DNA of 64,000 nucleotides from an uncultured Candidatus Berkelbacteria bacterium. Its GTDB lineage: Bacteria > Patescibacteriota > UBA1384 > CAILIB01. The first letter of the stretch is position 1, and every line of letters begins with the position of its first letter. The stretch is from contig CAILIB010000015.1 of NCBI GenBank assembly GCA_903834195.1, positions 53,146 to 117,145 on the forward strand. The letters are read 5' to 3'. Position numbers and translations under genes: made by a program. The notes beneath the pieces are model-generated. The model did not search any database and was not told the origin of the DNA. It was given only the letters and a program-made list of their open reading frames with translations. This document shows positions 10,263 to 18,149 of the stretch, one piece after another.

Positions 10263-10619
10263 ATGTCCCACTCGGGAAAACTACTCGGTGCGCTTGGCGA
10301 ACAGCTGGCTGCCGAGTTTTTGCTTTTAAAGGGGTTCATTATTTTGTCACGCAATGTGACGGTTAAGCTGGGGGAGATAGACATTCTGGCTCAAGATGGG
10401 AATATAATCGTCTTGGTAGAAGTCAAAACCCAAATGTCAGCTTCGCTGCTTGACCCGATTTACAAGATTACCCCGGCGAAACAGCGTAAATTACATCTGC
10501 TGGCTCAAGTAATTGTAGCTCGGTACCCAAACCAGAATATTCGGATTGATGCGGTTACGCTATACTGGAAACTAGGTTCAGAACATCCAACTATTACCCA
10601 TTACGAAAACATTATTTAA
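10263..10619 (+). CDS. YraN-family (UPF0102) endonuclease-like protein
   Basis: 118 aa with the LGE(I/L)D(I/L)...VEVK pattern (GEIDILAQDGNIIVLVEVKT). Confidence 0.75.
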   Translation: MSHSGKLLGALGEQLAAEFLLLKGFIILSRNVTVKLGEIDILAQDGNIIVLVEVKTQMSASLLDPIYKITPAKQRKLHLLAQVIVARYPNQNIRIDAVTLYWKLGSEHPTITHYENII

Positions 10620-10628
10620 ACTCCATTT

Positions 10629-12110
10629 ATGTCTATTAGAGCGAGATATGCGCCGAGTCCAACCGGAGACCTCCACCTTGGGTCTCTCCGAACAGTGATC
10701 TTTGACTGGCTCTTAGTGCATGAAGAACCAGACAGTAGTTTAATATTGCGCGTTGAAGATACAGATCAGTCGCGTGTTGTGCCCGGTGCATTGGAGCGAC
10801 AGTTACAAGCGTTGGCATGGATGGGGGTTTCACCTACAGAAGGGGTATGCCTCGATGAACAAGGTAATGTCGTAGAAATAGGCTCGTACGGCCCGTATAC
10901 TCAGTCAAAACGATTAGAAATCTACAAAAAGTATGCCGACGAGCTTGTTGCGGCTGGTAAGGCGTACCGCTGTTTTTGCACCACTGAACGACTTGAAACA
11001 ATGCGAGCTGAGCAGCAGGCAAATCATCTGCCACCGCGCTATGACCGGTTTTGTCGTAGTTTAACTGCTGAAGAAAGTGCAGCGCGCGCAGCAGCGGGTG
11101 AGTCCTGTGTAATTCGCCACGCCATTCCTGACAATCAAGAAGTGAAATTTACCGATCAGGTACGAGGTGAAGTGCTATTTCAGAGTAATGAACTCGATGA
11201 TTATGTTTTAATGAAATCGGATGGCTACCCAACCTATCAGTTGGCAAACGTTGTTGATGATCACCTCATGGAAATCACCCATGTACTTCGGGGTGAAGAG
11301 TGGTTGCCGTCACTCCCAAAGAACGTACTTTTGTACGAGGCTTTTGGCTGGACACCGCCGAAGTTTGCTCATCTTCCGGTTATTCTAGGGCCTGACGGTA
11401 AACATAAGCTCTCGAAGCGGGATGGTGACGTGTCAGTAATCGACTATGACCAAAAAGGGTATCTGCCGGATGCGCTCTTCAATATGCTCGCGATGATTGG
11501 CTGGTCACCAGGTACAGAAGAGGAATTTTTCACGCGGGATAGCTTAGCTAAACGGTTTAGTTTAGAGCGCGTGCAAAAAGCTGCGGCTGTGTTTAATTTC
11601 CAGCGTCTTGATTACGTAAACGGATGGTACATTCGCCAGATGCAAATCGGGGAAGTTGCTGAACGTATTTTGCCGTACCTTGTAGCTGCAAATCTCCCGG
11701 CCCAAGCCGGAAATTATCTTCTGACAGTGGCAGCAGCTATTCAAGAGCGCCTTAAGCATTTTGACGAGGCAGAGGAAGTGGCTTGGTTCTTCTTCAAACG
11801 CCCTGAGCCAAACGAAACACTGCGTGGGTTACTCATTCCAAAGAAAACCGATTGGGAAGCCACGCAGAAGCATTTACGTGAGAGTATGCAAGTTCTTCAA
11901 GGGTTGGCCGAGGATCAATGGGTGCCCGATATTCTTGATGAGAATTTGCGACTACACATTGCAATGAACAACTACAAAAATCTTGAAGTACTCTGGCCAA
12001 TTCGCGCTGCACTTACAGGTGTACCCGCCTCGCCAGGTGCATTTGAAATGCTGTCAATTCTTGGTAAAGAAGAGTCGTTGGCTCGATTAGAACGGGCTGT
12101 AAGTCTTTAG
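10629..12110 (+). CDS. gltX: glutamyl-tRNA synthetase
   Basis: RYAPSPTGDLHLGSLRT (HIGH-type) and KLSKR (KMSKS-type) motifs. 493 aa. Confidence 0.92.
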   Translation: MSIRARYAPSPTGDLHLGSLRTVIFDWLLVHEEPDSSLILRVEDTDQSRVVPGALERQLQALAWMGVSPTEGVCLDEQGNVVEIGSYGPYTQSKRLEIYKKYADELVAAGKAYRCFCTTERLETMRAEQQANHLPPRYDRFCRSLTAEESAARAAAGESCVIRHAIPDNQEVKFTDQVRGEVLFQSNELDDYVLMKSDGYPTYQLANVVDDHLMEITHVLRGEEWLPSLPKNVLLYEAFGWTPPKFAHLPVILGPDGKHKLSKRDGDVSVIDYDQKGYLPDALFNMLAMIGWSPGTEEEFFTRDSLAKRFSLERVQKAAAVFNFQRLDYVNGWYIRQMQIGEVAERILPYLVAANLPAQAGNYLLTVAAAIQERLKHFDEAEEVAWFFFKRPEPNETLRGLLIPKKTDWEATQKHLRESMQVLQGLAEDQWVPDILDENLRLHIAMNNYKNLEVLWPIRAALTGVPASPGAFEMLSILGKEESLARLERAVSL

Positions 12111-12167
12111 TGCTTGCAGAGCTGAGCTTAAGAAGCGTAGTCTGAATGTACTTAACAATAATAGCTG

Positions 12168-12791
12168 GTGTATATGGCGACATTTTCGACGAGTGAAGCG
12201 ATTTCGTACGGGTGGGAGGCGCAGAAAAAGAACATGAGTTTCTTTTTGCCGTTTGTTCTTGTAACAACATTTGTTCCAGTACTTATTAGTTTCCTTTTGC
12301 AAAAAGCTGGTGGCGGTGCCTTTATTTCCCTTCTCTTCACATTGGTAGAGATTTACCTCGGGATGATAGTAATGAAAGTGACCCTACGCATAGTGGATGG
12401 TGAAACTGTAACCTGGAACAACGCATTTCAGGGGATTACCGGAATGCAGATGGTAAAATACTTCTTCGTATCACTCGTTGTTGCAATTGCAGCTGGATTT
12501 GCATCACTTCTCATCATTATTCCAGGGTTGATTGTATCAATGGGAATGAGTCAGGCTCGTTATTTTGTTATTGATAAGGATACTGGTGTGATGGAGTCGA
12601 TTAACCGTAGTTGGGAAATCACCCGTGGTTCACGACTTAATTTGTTTGGGCTTTATATTGTCAGCGTTCTTGTTGTATTGCTCGGGTTGATTTGTGTTGG
12701 TGTAGGATTGCTCTTCGCTATCCCAACTGTGATGTTCGCAATGGCACATGTGTACCGTACTTTGGAGACACGAGTAGTTGCTGCAGCCTAG
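12168..12791 (+). CDS. integral membrane protein, unknown function
   Basis: 207 aa with several hydrophobic helices. No family recognised with confidence. Confidence 0.5.
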   Translation: MYMATFSTSEAISYGWEAQKKNMSFFLPFVLVTTFVPVLISFLLQKAGGGAFISLLFTLVEIYLGMIVMKVTLRIVDGETVTWNNAFQGITGMQMVKYFFVSLVVAIAAGFASLLIIIPGLIVSMGMSQARYFVIDKDTGVMESINRSWEITRGSRLNLFGLYIVSVLVVLLGLICVGVGLLFAIPTVMFAMAHVYRTLETRVVAAA

Positions 12792-12824
12792 CTTCTTGAA
12801 GAGATCGTAAGATTCGGCTAGTAT

Positions 12825-12861
12825 ATCGGAGCACACCAGTAACGGAGTGCTCCGATTTTTG
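12825..12861 (+). terminator. rho-independent terminator
   Basis: ATCGGAGCAC...GTGCTCCGAT 10-bp stem followed by TTTTTG. Confidence 0.7.
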
Positions 12862-12913
12862 TACTGTTTTGTTTGCGTTGTGTGATGTGTTGCGCGTAAT
12901 GCGTTACATGTGA

Positions 12914-12988
12914 TGCCCGGTGGCCAAGTGGTAAGGCGCCTGATTCTGGATCAGGTTACCGTAGGTTCGAATCCTACCCGGGCAGCCA
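12914..12988 (+). tRNA. tRNA-Gln (anticodon CUG), CCA encoded
   Basis: Hand-folded cloverleaf: acceptor TGCCCGG/CCGGGCA (U1:A72), D arm GCC-AAGTGGTAA-GGC, anticodon stem CCTGA/TCAGG with loop TTCTGGA, T arm GTAGG-TTCGAAT-CCTAC, discriminator G plus CCA. Confidence 0.9.
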
Positions 12989-12989
12989 A
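12976..12989. repeat. 14-bp direct repeat copy 1 (ACCCGGGCAGCCAA), 3' end of tRNA-Gln
   Basis: Identical 14-mer recurs at 13577-13590. Confidence 0.85.
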
Positions 12990-13018
12990 GCTTAGGTTGC
13001 AAAAAGTTGTAGGCTCTT

Positions 13019-13405
13019 TTAAGCTCCCTCTTTCCGCAAAATCTTCTCCATAGGTCGATCTTTCCCAAGCTCATCAATGAGCTTGTCGAGATACCGTACT
13101 TCGCGCATGATAGGGTCCTCAATATCTTCAACACGCACCCCGCAGACAACGCCCGTAATCAGGGAGCGCAGGGGATTTAGGCGAGGGGCTTCGGTAAAAA
13201 AGGTTTCAAAGTCGGTGCCGTTTTTCAGTGCTGCTTCAAGCTCGACTTGGCCGTAGCCGGTAAGCCAGCAGATAATCTCATCCACCTCTGCCTTTGTGCG
13301 GGCCTTTTTCTCGGCCTTGATAACATAGTACGGGTATACGCCGGCAACGTTGGTCTTATAGATTCGCTGATTGTTGGTGGTATTCATGACAATGTGATAT
13401 GGCAA
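13019..13405 (-). CDS. DUF2200-family protein
   Basis: 128 aa. [28 protein letters not shown]...DFETFF...[31 protein letters not shown] matches my memory of DUF2200 proteins. Confidence 0.65.
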   Translation of the reverse strand: MPYHIVMNTTNNQRIYKTNVAGVYPYYVIKAEKKARTKAEVDEIICWLTGYGQVELEAALKNGTDFETFFTEAPRLNPLRSLITGVVCGVRVEDIEDPIMREVRYLDKLIDELGKDRPMEKILRKEGA

Positions 13406-13473
13406 TTTTATCCAAATGATAGCCTGTGCCTATCTTCCAGCACAAGTCTAATTTTCGAACGATCGTGTAGTCA

Positions 13474-13511
13474 AAAGAAATAGACCATACGGCTGTATGG
13501 TCTATTTCTTT
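13474..13511. terminator. 17-bp perfect palindromic hairpin (bidirectional terminator)
   Basis: AAAGAAATAGACCATAC-GGCT-GTATGGTCTATTTCTTT, with A and T tracts on either side. Lies downstream of the minus-strand gene 13613-13930. Confidence 0.7.
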
Positions 13512-13576
13512 TGTTTATCTCGAGAGGATTCGAAGAATCCTTAGATGCCAATACCTAGCTTTGCGAAGCGGAGCAG

Positions 13577-13590
13577 ACCCGGGCAGCCAA
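13577..13590. repeat. 14-bp direct repeat copy 2 (ACCCGGGCAGCCAA), att-like remnant
   Basis: Identical to the tRNA-Gln 3' end at 12976-12989. No tRNA body precedes it. Confidence 0.85.
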
Positions 13591-13612
13591 ACAATAACTT
13601 GTTTAAGTACAA

Positions 13613-13930
13613 TTAACCTACCACTGTGAACATGGAAGCTAAATAACGTAGAAATAAGTACGCTCCTATCACAATAATGAGAATTAAAATGATTGAAGAC
13701 TTTGTACCTGTACTGACAGTGTTGACTAATTTGTACTGAGCTTTATTCCAGAATCCATTAGCCAATGCTAAGAACATAAGAAATGGGAAGACAGGCAATA
13801 TAGCCCACGATACTGCGTAGGGAGAGTCAGTTGACCAGAAAATATTCTTTAGGCTAATTGCAAGACTGACTAAGCTTGCCAGAGTAAAGATGAGTGAAAG
13901 TTGATTTGGAGTTAGGGGGAATTTGCGCAT
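13613..13930 (-). CDS. small membrane protein, unknown function
   Basis: 105 aa with three hydrophobic segments. Confidence 0.45.
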   Translation of the reverse strand: MRKFPLTPNQLSLIFTLASLVSLAISLKNIFWSTDSPYAVSWAILPVFPFLMFLALANGFWNKAQYKLVNTVSTGTKSSIILILIIVIGAYLFLRYLASMFTVVG

Positions 13931-14031
13931 GTATTTATCGTACCACTACTCACTCTGTCACATTACCGTCCTAACGTTTCCAGAATTGGGCAGTCAAAAT
14001 TAAAAAGAAACTATTGTGTCTCTCTATTTGT

Positions 14032-14619
14032 CTATTCACGAGCGCTTGGGTATTGCACCCTTTCTCCAGAGGCGCAAAGTGGGCAATCAGTAGAAGTGTA
14101 TAGCTCAAAAGGAGAAGTAACTAACGAAAAAACGTTCGAAGTATCTATTTCTCCGATCTGTCTGCTCATCAGGGAAAAAGTAGTGATATTTTTAAAGCCA
14201 TATAAACGCAGAAAAGCTAAATTTGCTCGCGCGTCGGTTCCTGAATAAATTATATCTTCTACAAAAGCCACATTATCTGATATCGCAGGTTGGTAGCGGC
14301 GATGGAAAGTTACTTCATCCTTTTTACCTTTAGTCACTGCGAATGGAACCTCAAGTCTTGCTGCAACAAACGCACCGAAAATAGAGCCTGATATCGCAGG
14401 CGAAATAATAATCGAAGGTTTGCCAATCTTACGTATAATTAGCGTAGCCATTGCATCTGCTACATGCTGTAGTTTTGTTGGGTTTTGCATTAAGGGAAGA
14501 ATATCTACCCAACCGTTTCCGTGCTGATTGTCATAAAAACAAGAATGGCCACGTTTGAAACAGCCAGCTTCTTGGAAAAAAGTCAAAATAGTATCTGTTT
14601 GCAAGTGTGTATCTTTCAT
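14032..14619 (-). CDS. phosphoribosyltransferase-domain protein (PyrE-like fold)
   Basis: PRPP-binding loop VAFVEDIIYSGTDA. C-terminal CPLC pair. Confidence 0.65.
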   Translation of the reverse strand: MKDTHLQTDTILTFFQEAGCFKRGHSCFYDNQHGNGWVDILPLMQNPTKLQHVADAMATLIIRKIGKPSIIISPAISGSIFGAFVAARLEVPFAVTKGKKDEVTFHRRYQPAISDNVAFVEDIIYSGTDARANLAFLRLYGFKNITTFSLMSRQIGEIDTSNVFSLVTSPFELYTSTDCPLCASGERVQYPSARE

Positions 14620-14782
14620 TAATTGATCATGATTTGCTATAGATTTCTCTCGCCTAACAGTAACATTTTGTTATAAAAATCATAGCGTTACACCTAACCA
14701 GTACTTAACCTGTAAAACATAGTCAGAACTTGGCTTGAAGAGATTGTTCGAATCCTCCTTGCCCGTATGCTAGAGTTGATAT

Positions 14783-15343
14783 ATGAAAACAATAGTAGTT
14801 CTTGTTACCGGTCTTCCTGCATCAGGTAAATCATATTTAGCGCAAAAGTTAGCTAAAGATCTCTCTCTACCACTTTTCTCTAAAGATGAAATAAAAGAAA
14901 TGTGCTTTGATGAACTCGGGTATAGCGATAGAGCTTGGTCAAAAAAAATTGGTGCCGCAAGTATTAAAATTCTTGATTATATTTTTGAAAACCACCTGAA
15001 AGCTCAGCAGTCTTTTATTGTTGAATCTAATTTTAAGCCTGAGTTTGATACTGAAAAGTTCCAAATACTGCATAAGAAATATGCAGTAGAGTTTTTTCAA
15101 ATCTGTTGTAAAGCAGATGGAGAAATATTGTACGAACGATTTAAACAACGTGCAGAATCAGGTGCAAGGCATCCAGGTCATGATGATGCAAATAATCTTG
15201 AAGAGTTTAGGGAAACATTAACTAAAACTCATTCGTACAAACTAGACGTACCTGGTGAGTATGTTGAAATAGATACTACAGATTTTAATACTGTGAATTA
15301 CAGTGCAATTTTGCAACAAGTTAAGGCTATTTATACTCCATAA
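14783..15343 (+). CDS. P-loop kinase/ATPase (AAA_33-like)
   Basis: Walker A VTGLPASGKSYLA at the N-terminus. 186 aa. Confidence 0.6.
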   Translation: MKTIVVLVTGLPASGKSYLAQKLAKDLSLPLFSKDEIKEMCFDELGYSDRAWSKKIGAASIKILDYIFENHLKAQQSFIVESNFKPEFDTEKFQILHKKYAVEFFQICCKADGEILYERFKQRAESGARHPGHDDANNLEEFRETLTKTHSYKLDVPGEYVEIDTTDFNTVNYSAILQQVKAIYTP

Positions 15344-15501
15344 AGTCGAACTTCCTCCCATACCGCAAGTCAAAAAAAGAAGCCCAGTAGCTTCTTTTTT
15401 ATATACAGATTGAGGCACTGGAATAAAAATTTGGACAAGTATACGAGTATGATAATTCCGTGAGTTATAATTAATACACACAACATTAACATCTCAATTT
15501 C

Positions 15502-16923
15502 ATGGAAGATAAAACCGAGGAAAGCACTAATCTCGAAGAGGGTATTGCTTCTGAGAAGAATGGAGATATACAGCATCCCGCAGACCATACCAAGAAGGGT
15601 CCTTCTCGTAAGATGTATGCCATAGCTGCTGGCTCGGCAGTTGCTCTTGTTTTGTTAGTCGCTGGCGGTATTACCGTAGTGCATCACAGTACTCAAGACA
15701 CGAGCGCGCATGATGGTCCACAACAAGGTGGGTCACTCGCGAGTAATACGAGTCCACAAGGTACTCATGTGCCTGCAAGTGCTACACCTGACCCAGGGCA
15801 GCATTCATGTGTCTCAGATAGTTCCGATCGTTACTATCGTACAGATCGCAGTCTGATTATCAATTCCAGTGACCCATTAAACCTTGCAGTTGGTGTGGAG
15901 TATAAAGGTGAATACCAATCCCTTGATGGTGGGGTGACTTGGAAGCAGCTCCTTACTACGTACCCTTGGAAGTACACCTGTTTCCCTGAGCCGTTTAGTG
16001 CTCATCAAAGCCCAAGCGACCCAAAAACTTTTTATCTCTCTGCAAGTGGAGATGGTCTACTGAAAACCACTGATGGTGGAGTTACGTGGAAAAATACGTA
16101 TAGTTCTACCATGTATCCGCGTTCGGAGGAGTTTATTATTGACCCTACGAATACAAATATCATCTATGCAACTGCTGAGAATATTGTAGGATCAGACAAT
16201 CCAAACGACAATTCAAACCTAAAGAATGGACTAGTCTACAAGTCCACAGATGCAGGGACTACTTGGACAGAGTTAACAACTCCGTTAGCGGCAGGGGCAA
16301 GTGCGACAAATATTATTCTTTCAAAGTCAGACCCGAAACATTTGATTGCATTTACACTTCTTGCGCACATTACAACTACTGTTGGTAGACAGGTGGATAC
16401 GAGTGGTCAGCTGGGCATTTTGGAATCAAAGGATGCAGGATTAACCTGGCAATCTGTTCACTCGGTTCCGACTGAGTATGAAGCTGTGGCTAATGCCTTC
16501 AGTTCTTCTACCAACCCAAACAATATCTACATTCTTCCGTTTACTGCTACAGGTGTACAACAAAAAGGATTTTTCTCCACCGATTTTGGCAAAACATGGA
16601 CAGCTAGTAATCCTATGGAATTCGTAGCGTACGATCCGTATGACACTACTGGTAATCATGCCCTAGCGTTTGGTGTAGCTAATGGCACAACTCCACAGCT
16701 TTATGAAACCACAAATGCCGGAAAGACTTGGAAGGCATCAGTGAAGATGCCGGTTGAAATCACTGACGCAGGTGACCATAAGACGTTGTTAAGCAGTATT
16801 CAGTGGGATCCAAAGGATAAGAACACTCTTTATTTGTCAGGTGCCGGAGCGGGCGTCTGGAAATCGACAGATAACGGCACGACATGGAAGACGTTGTTGT
16901 CTTTGGCGACTCTGCCAAATTAG
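15502..16923 (+). CDS. membrane-anchored BNR/Asp-box repeat protein (sialidase/sortilin-like beta-propeller)
   Basis: N-terminal TM helix plus at least 7 S-x-D-x-G-x-T-W boxes (SLDGGVTW, TTDGGVTW, STDAGTTW, SKDAGLTW, STDFGKTW, TTNAGKTW, STDNGTTW). Confidence 0.8.
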   Translation: MEDKTEESTNLEEGIASEKNGDIQHPADHTKKGPSRKMYAIAAGSAVALVLLVAGGITVVHHSTQDTSAHDGPQQGGSLASNTSPQGTHVPASATPDPGQHSCVSDSSDRYYRTDRSLIINSSDPLNLAVGVEYKGEYQSLDGGVTWKQLLTTYPWKYTCFPEPFSAHQSPSDPKTFYLSASGDGLLKTTDGGVTWKNTYSSTMYPRSEEFIIDPTNTNIIYATAENIVGSDNPNDNSNLKNGLVYKSTDAGTTWTELTTPLAAGASATNIILSKSDPKHLIAFTLLAHITTTVGRQVDTSGQLGILESKDAGLTWQSVHSVPTEYEAVANAFSSSTNPNNIYILPFTATGVQQKGFFSTDFGKTWTASNPMEFVAYDPYDTTGNHALAFGVANGTTPQLYETTNAGKTWKASVKMPVEITDAGDHKTLLSSIQWDPKDKNTLYLSGAGAGVWKSTDNGTTWKTLLSLATLPN

Positions 16924-17174
16924 TTCAGTTGGCGGGAATATTACCCACTCTTTTTCAGTACCTGCAAATCTCTCCGAATTCTCGAACATTTCCTAGAGAT
17001 CTAGACCGAATAGGTGAAGAAAACATTAGGAATTAACTTTCTTTATAAACGGTGAGCGATCAGGAATGGAAGAAGTTTGTATCCATCAGGTTAAAGCTGG
17101 TTAATTTAGCATATTGTGTATAAAGATATTGATGGTATGATATGCGCAACCCAGTATGGGTATCGAGGTAAGAA

Positions 17175-17897
17175 ATGCTTCTGCAAGTCCTTTGTACATT
17201 ATTAATTGCACACACCCAGATTGTGGGAGTGCATCAGGTGTCCTCTGCCCCGGAAATCCGGAACAGACTTTTTGACAACTTAAAGAAAGCCCAGACACTC
17301 TCTTTTAAAGCGCACTTTCTGGTCAACGGAGCGCGCAAATTAAATCAAGAGTGTAAGCTTCTCCGGAACGAGAAGGGGGTAGTTCTTATTTGGGTGAAAG
17401 AAACTCCTTCTGACGGCTCTGAACCGTCAGAACGACTTGATGACGGTACGTTTCAGTACCATTATTCAGGTCGCATTCAGAATCATGGGTTTCCACGAAA
17501 AGAAGGGTTCCTATTTCACGGTGGAATAGGAGCAAACCCGCTCGTAATGTTCGACAAAAGTTCGCCAATCTTCGATCCGGATCCTAAGCTTGATGCGGAT
17601 CAGGCTCCTTACGAACTTGATGCTGTTGGTAGTCATGAGATTAAACCTGAAAAATCAGGTGATTTCAACGGAGCATCCTATTGTCTTCAGTTTGTCCTAA
17701 AACCTCAAGCGGCCTCAGATGTGGGCAATAAGCCATTTGTCAGAATCTATTTGACGGTTGACGCAAAGCAAATAGGTGTAAAAGCACTAGAGCGGAGCGA
17801 TGAGCCAATGCCGAACTTTCTATCGCGCGTGTTAGTTTTCGACTCGTTCATCTTGAATGATCCAAACGTTAAGCCAGAAATGTTTGTAGCTCGATAA
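17175..17897 (+). CDS. hypothetical secreted protein
   Basis: 240-aa ORF with a hydrophobic N-terminus. No recognisable family. Confidence 0.35.
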   Translation: MLLQVLCTLLIAHTQIVGVHQVSSAPEIRNRLFDNLKKAQTLSFKAHFLVNGARKLNQECKLLRNEKGVVLIWVKETPSDGSEPSERLDDGTFQYHYSGRIQNHGFPRKEGFLFHGGIGANPLVMFDKSSPIFDPDPKLDADQAPYELDAVGSHEIKPEKSGDFNGASYCLQFVLKPQAASDVGNKPFVRIYLTVDAKQIGVKALERSDEPMPNFLSRVLVFDSFILNDPNVKPEMFVAR

Positions 17898-18149
17898 GGA
17901 ACGATCGGAACTTTCTCTTTTGGTTTTCGTGCTATTCAAAATGCTGCCAACAATAATATGTGGCAGCTTTTTATGTAAAATTTTTTTAGAATTTCCCCCC
18001 TACCTTTCGTAAATGTCCTCCCGAGCCTTCATAGGTAGTCAAAGTAATAATCAATGACTTTTGGGCTCATTGTCCATGAAAAGTAAGACAACTGGTGTGC
18101 GTCATTTTCGCTGTGTATACTGAAAAGTGCCATACACAATCTCTGGCCG

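Noticed and set aside
13521-13545. tRNA T-arm-like sequence GAGGATTCGAAGAATCC (and a similar TTCGAATCC at about 14748-14760)
   Set aside because: These are simple palindromes around TTCGAA. No acceptor, D or anticodon arms can be built, so they are not called as tRNA genes or fragments. Only the exact 14-mer at 13577-13590 is treated as tRNA-derived.
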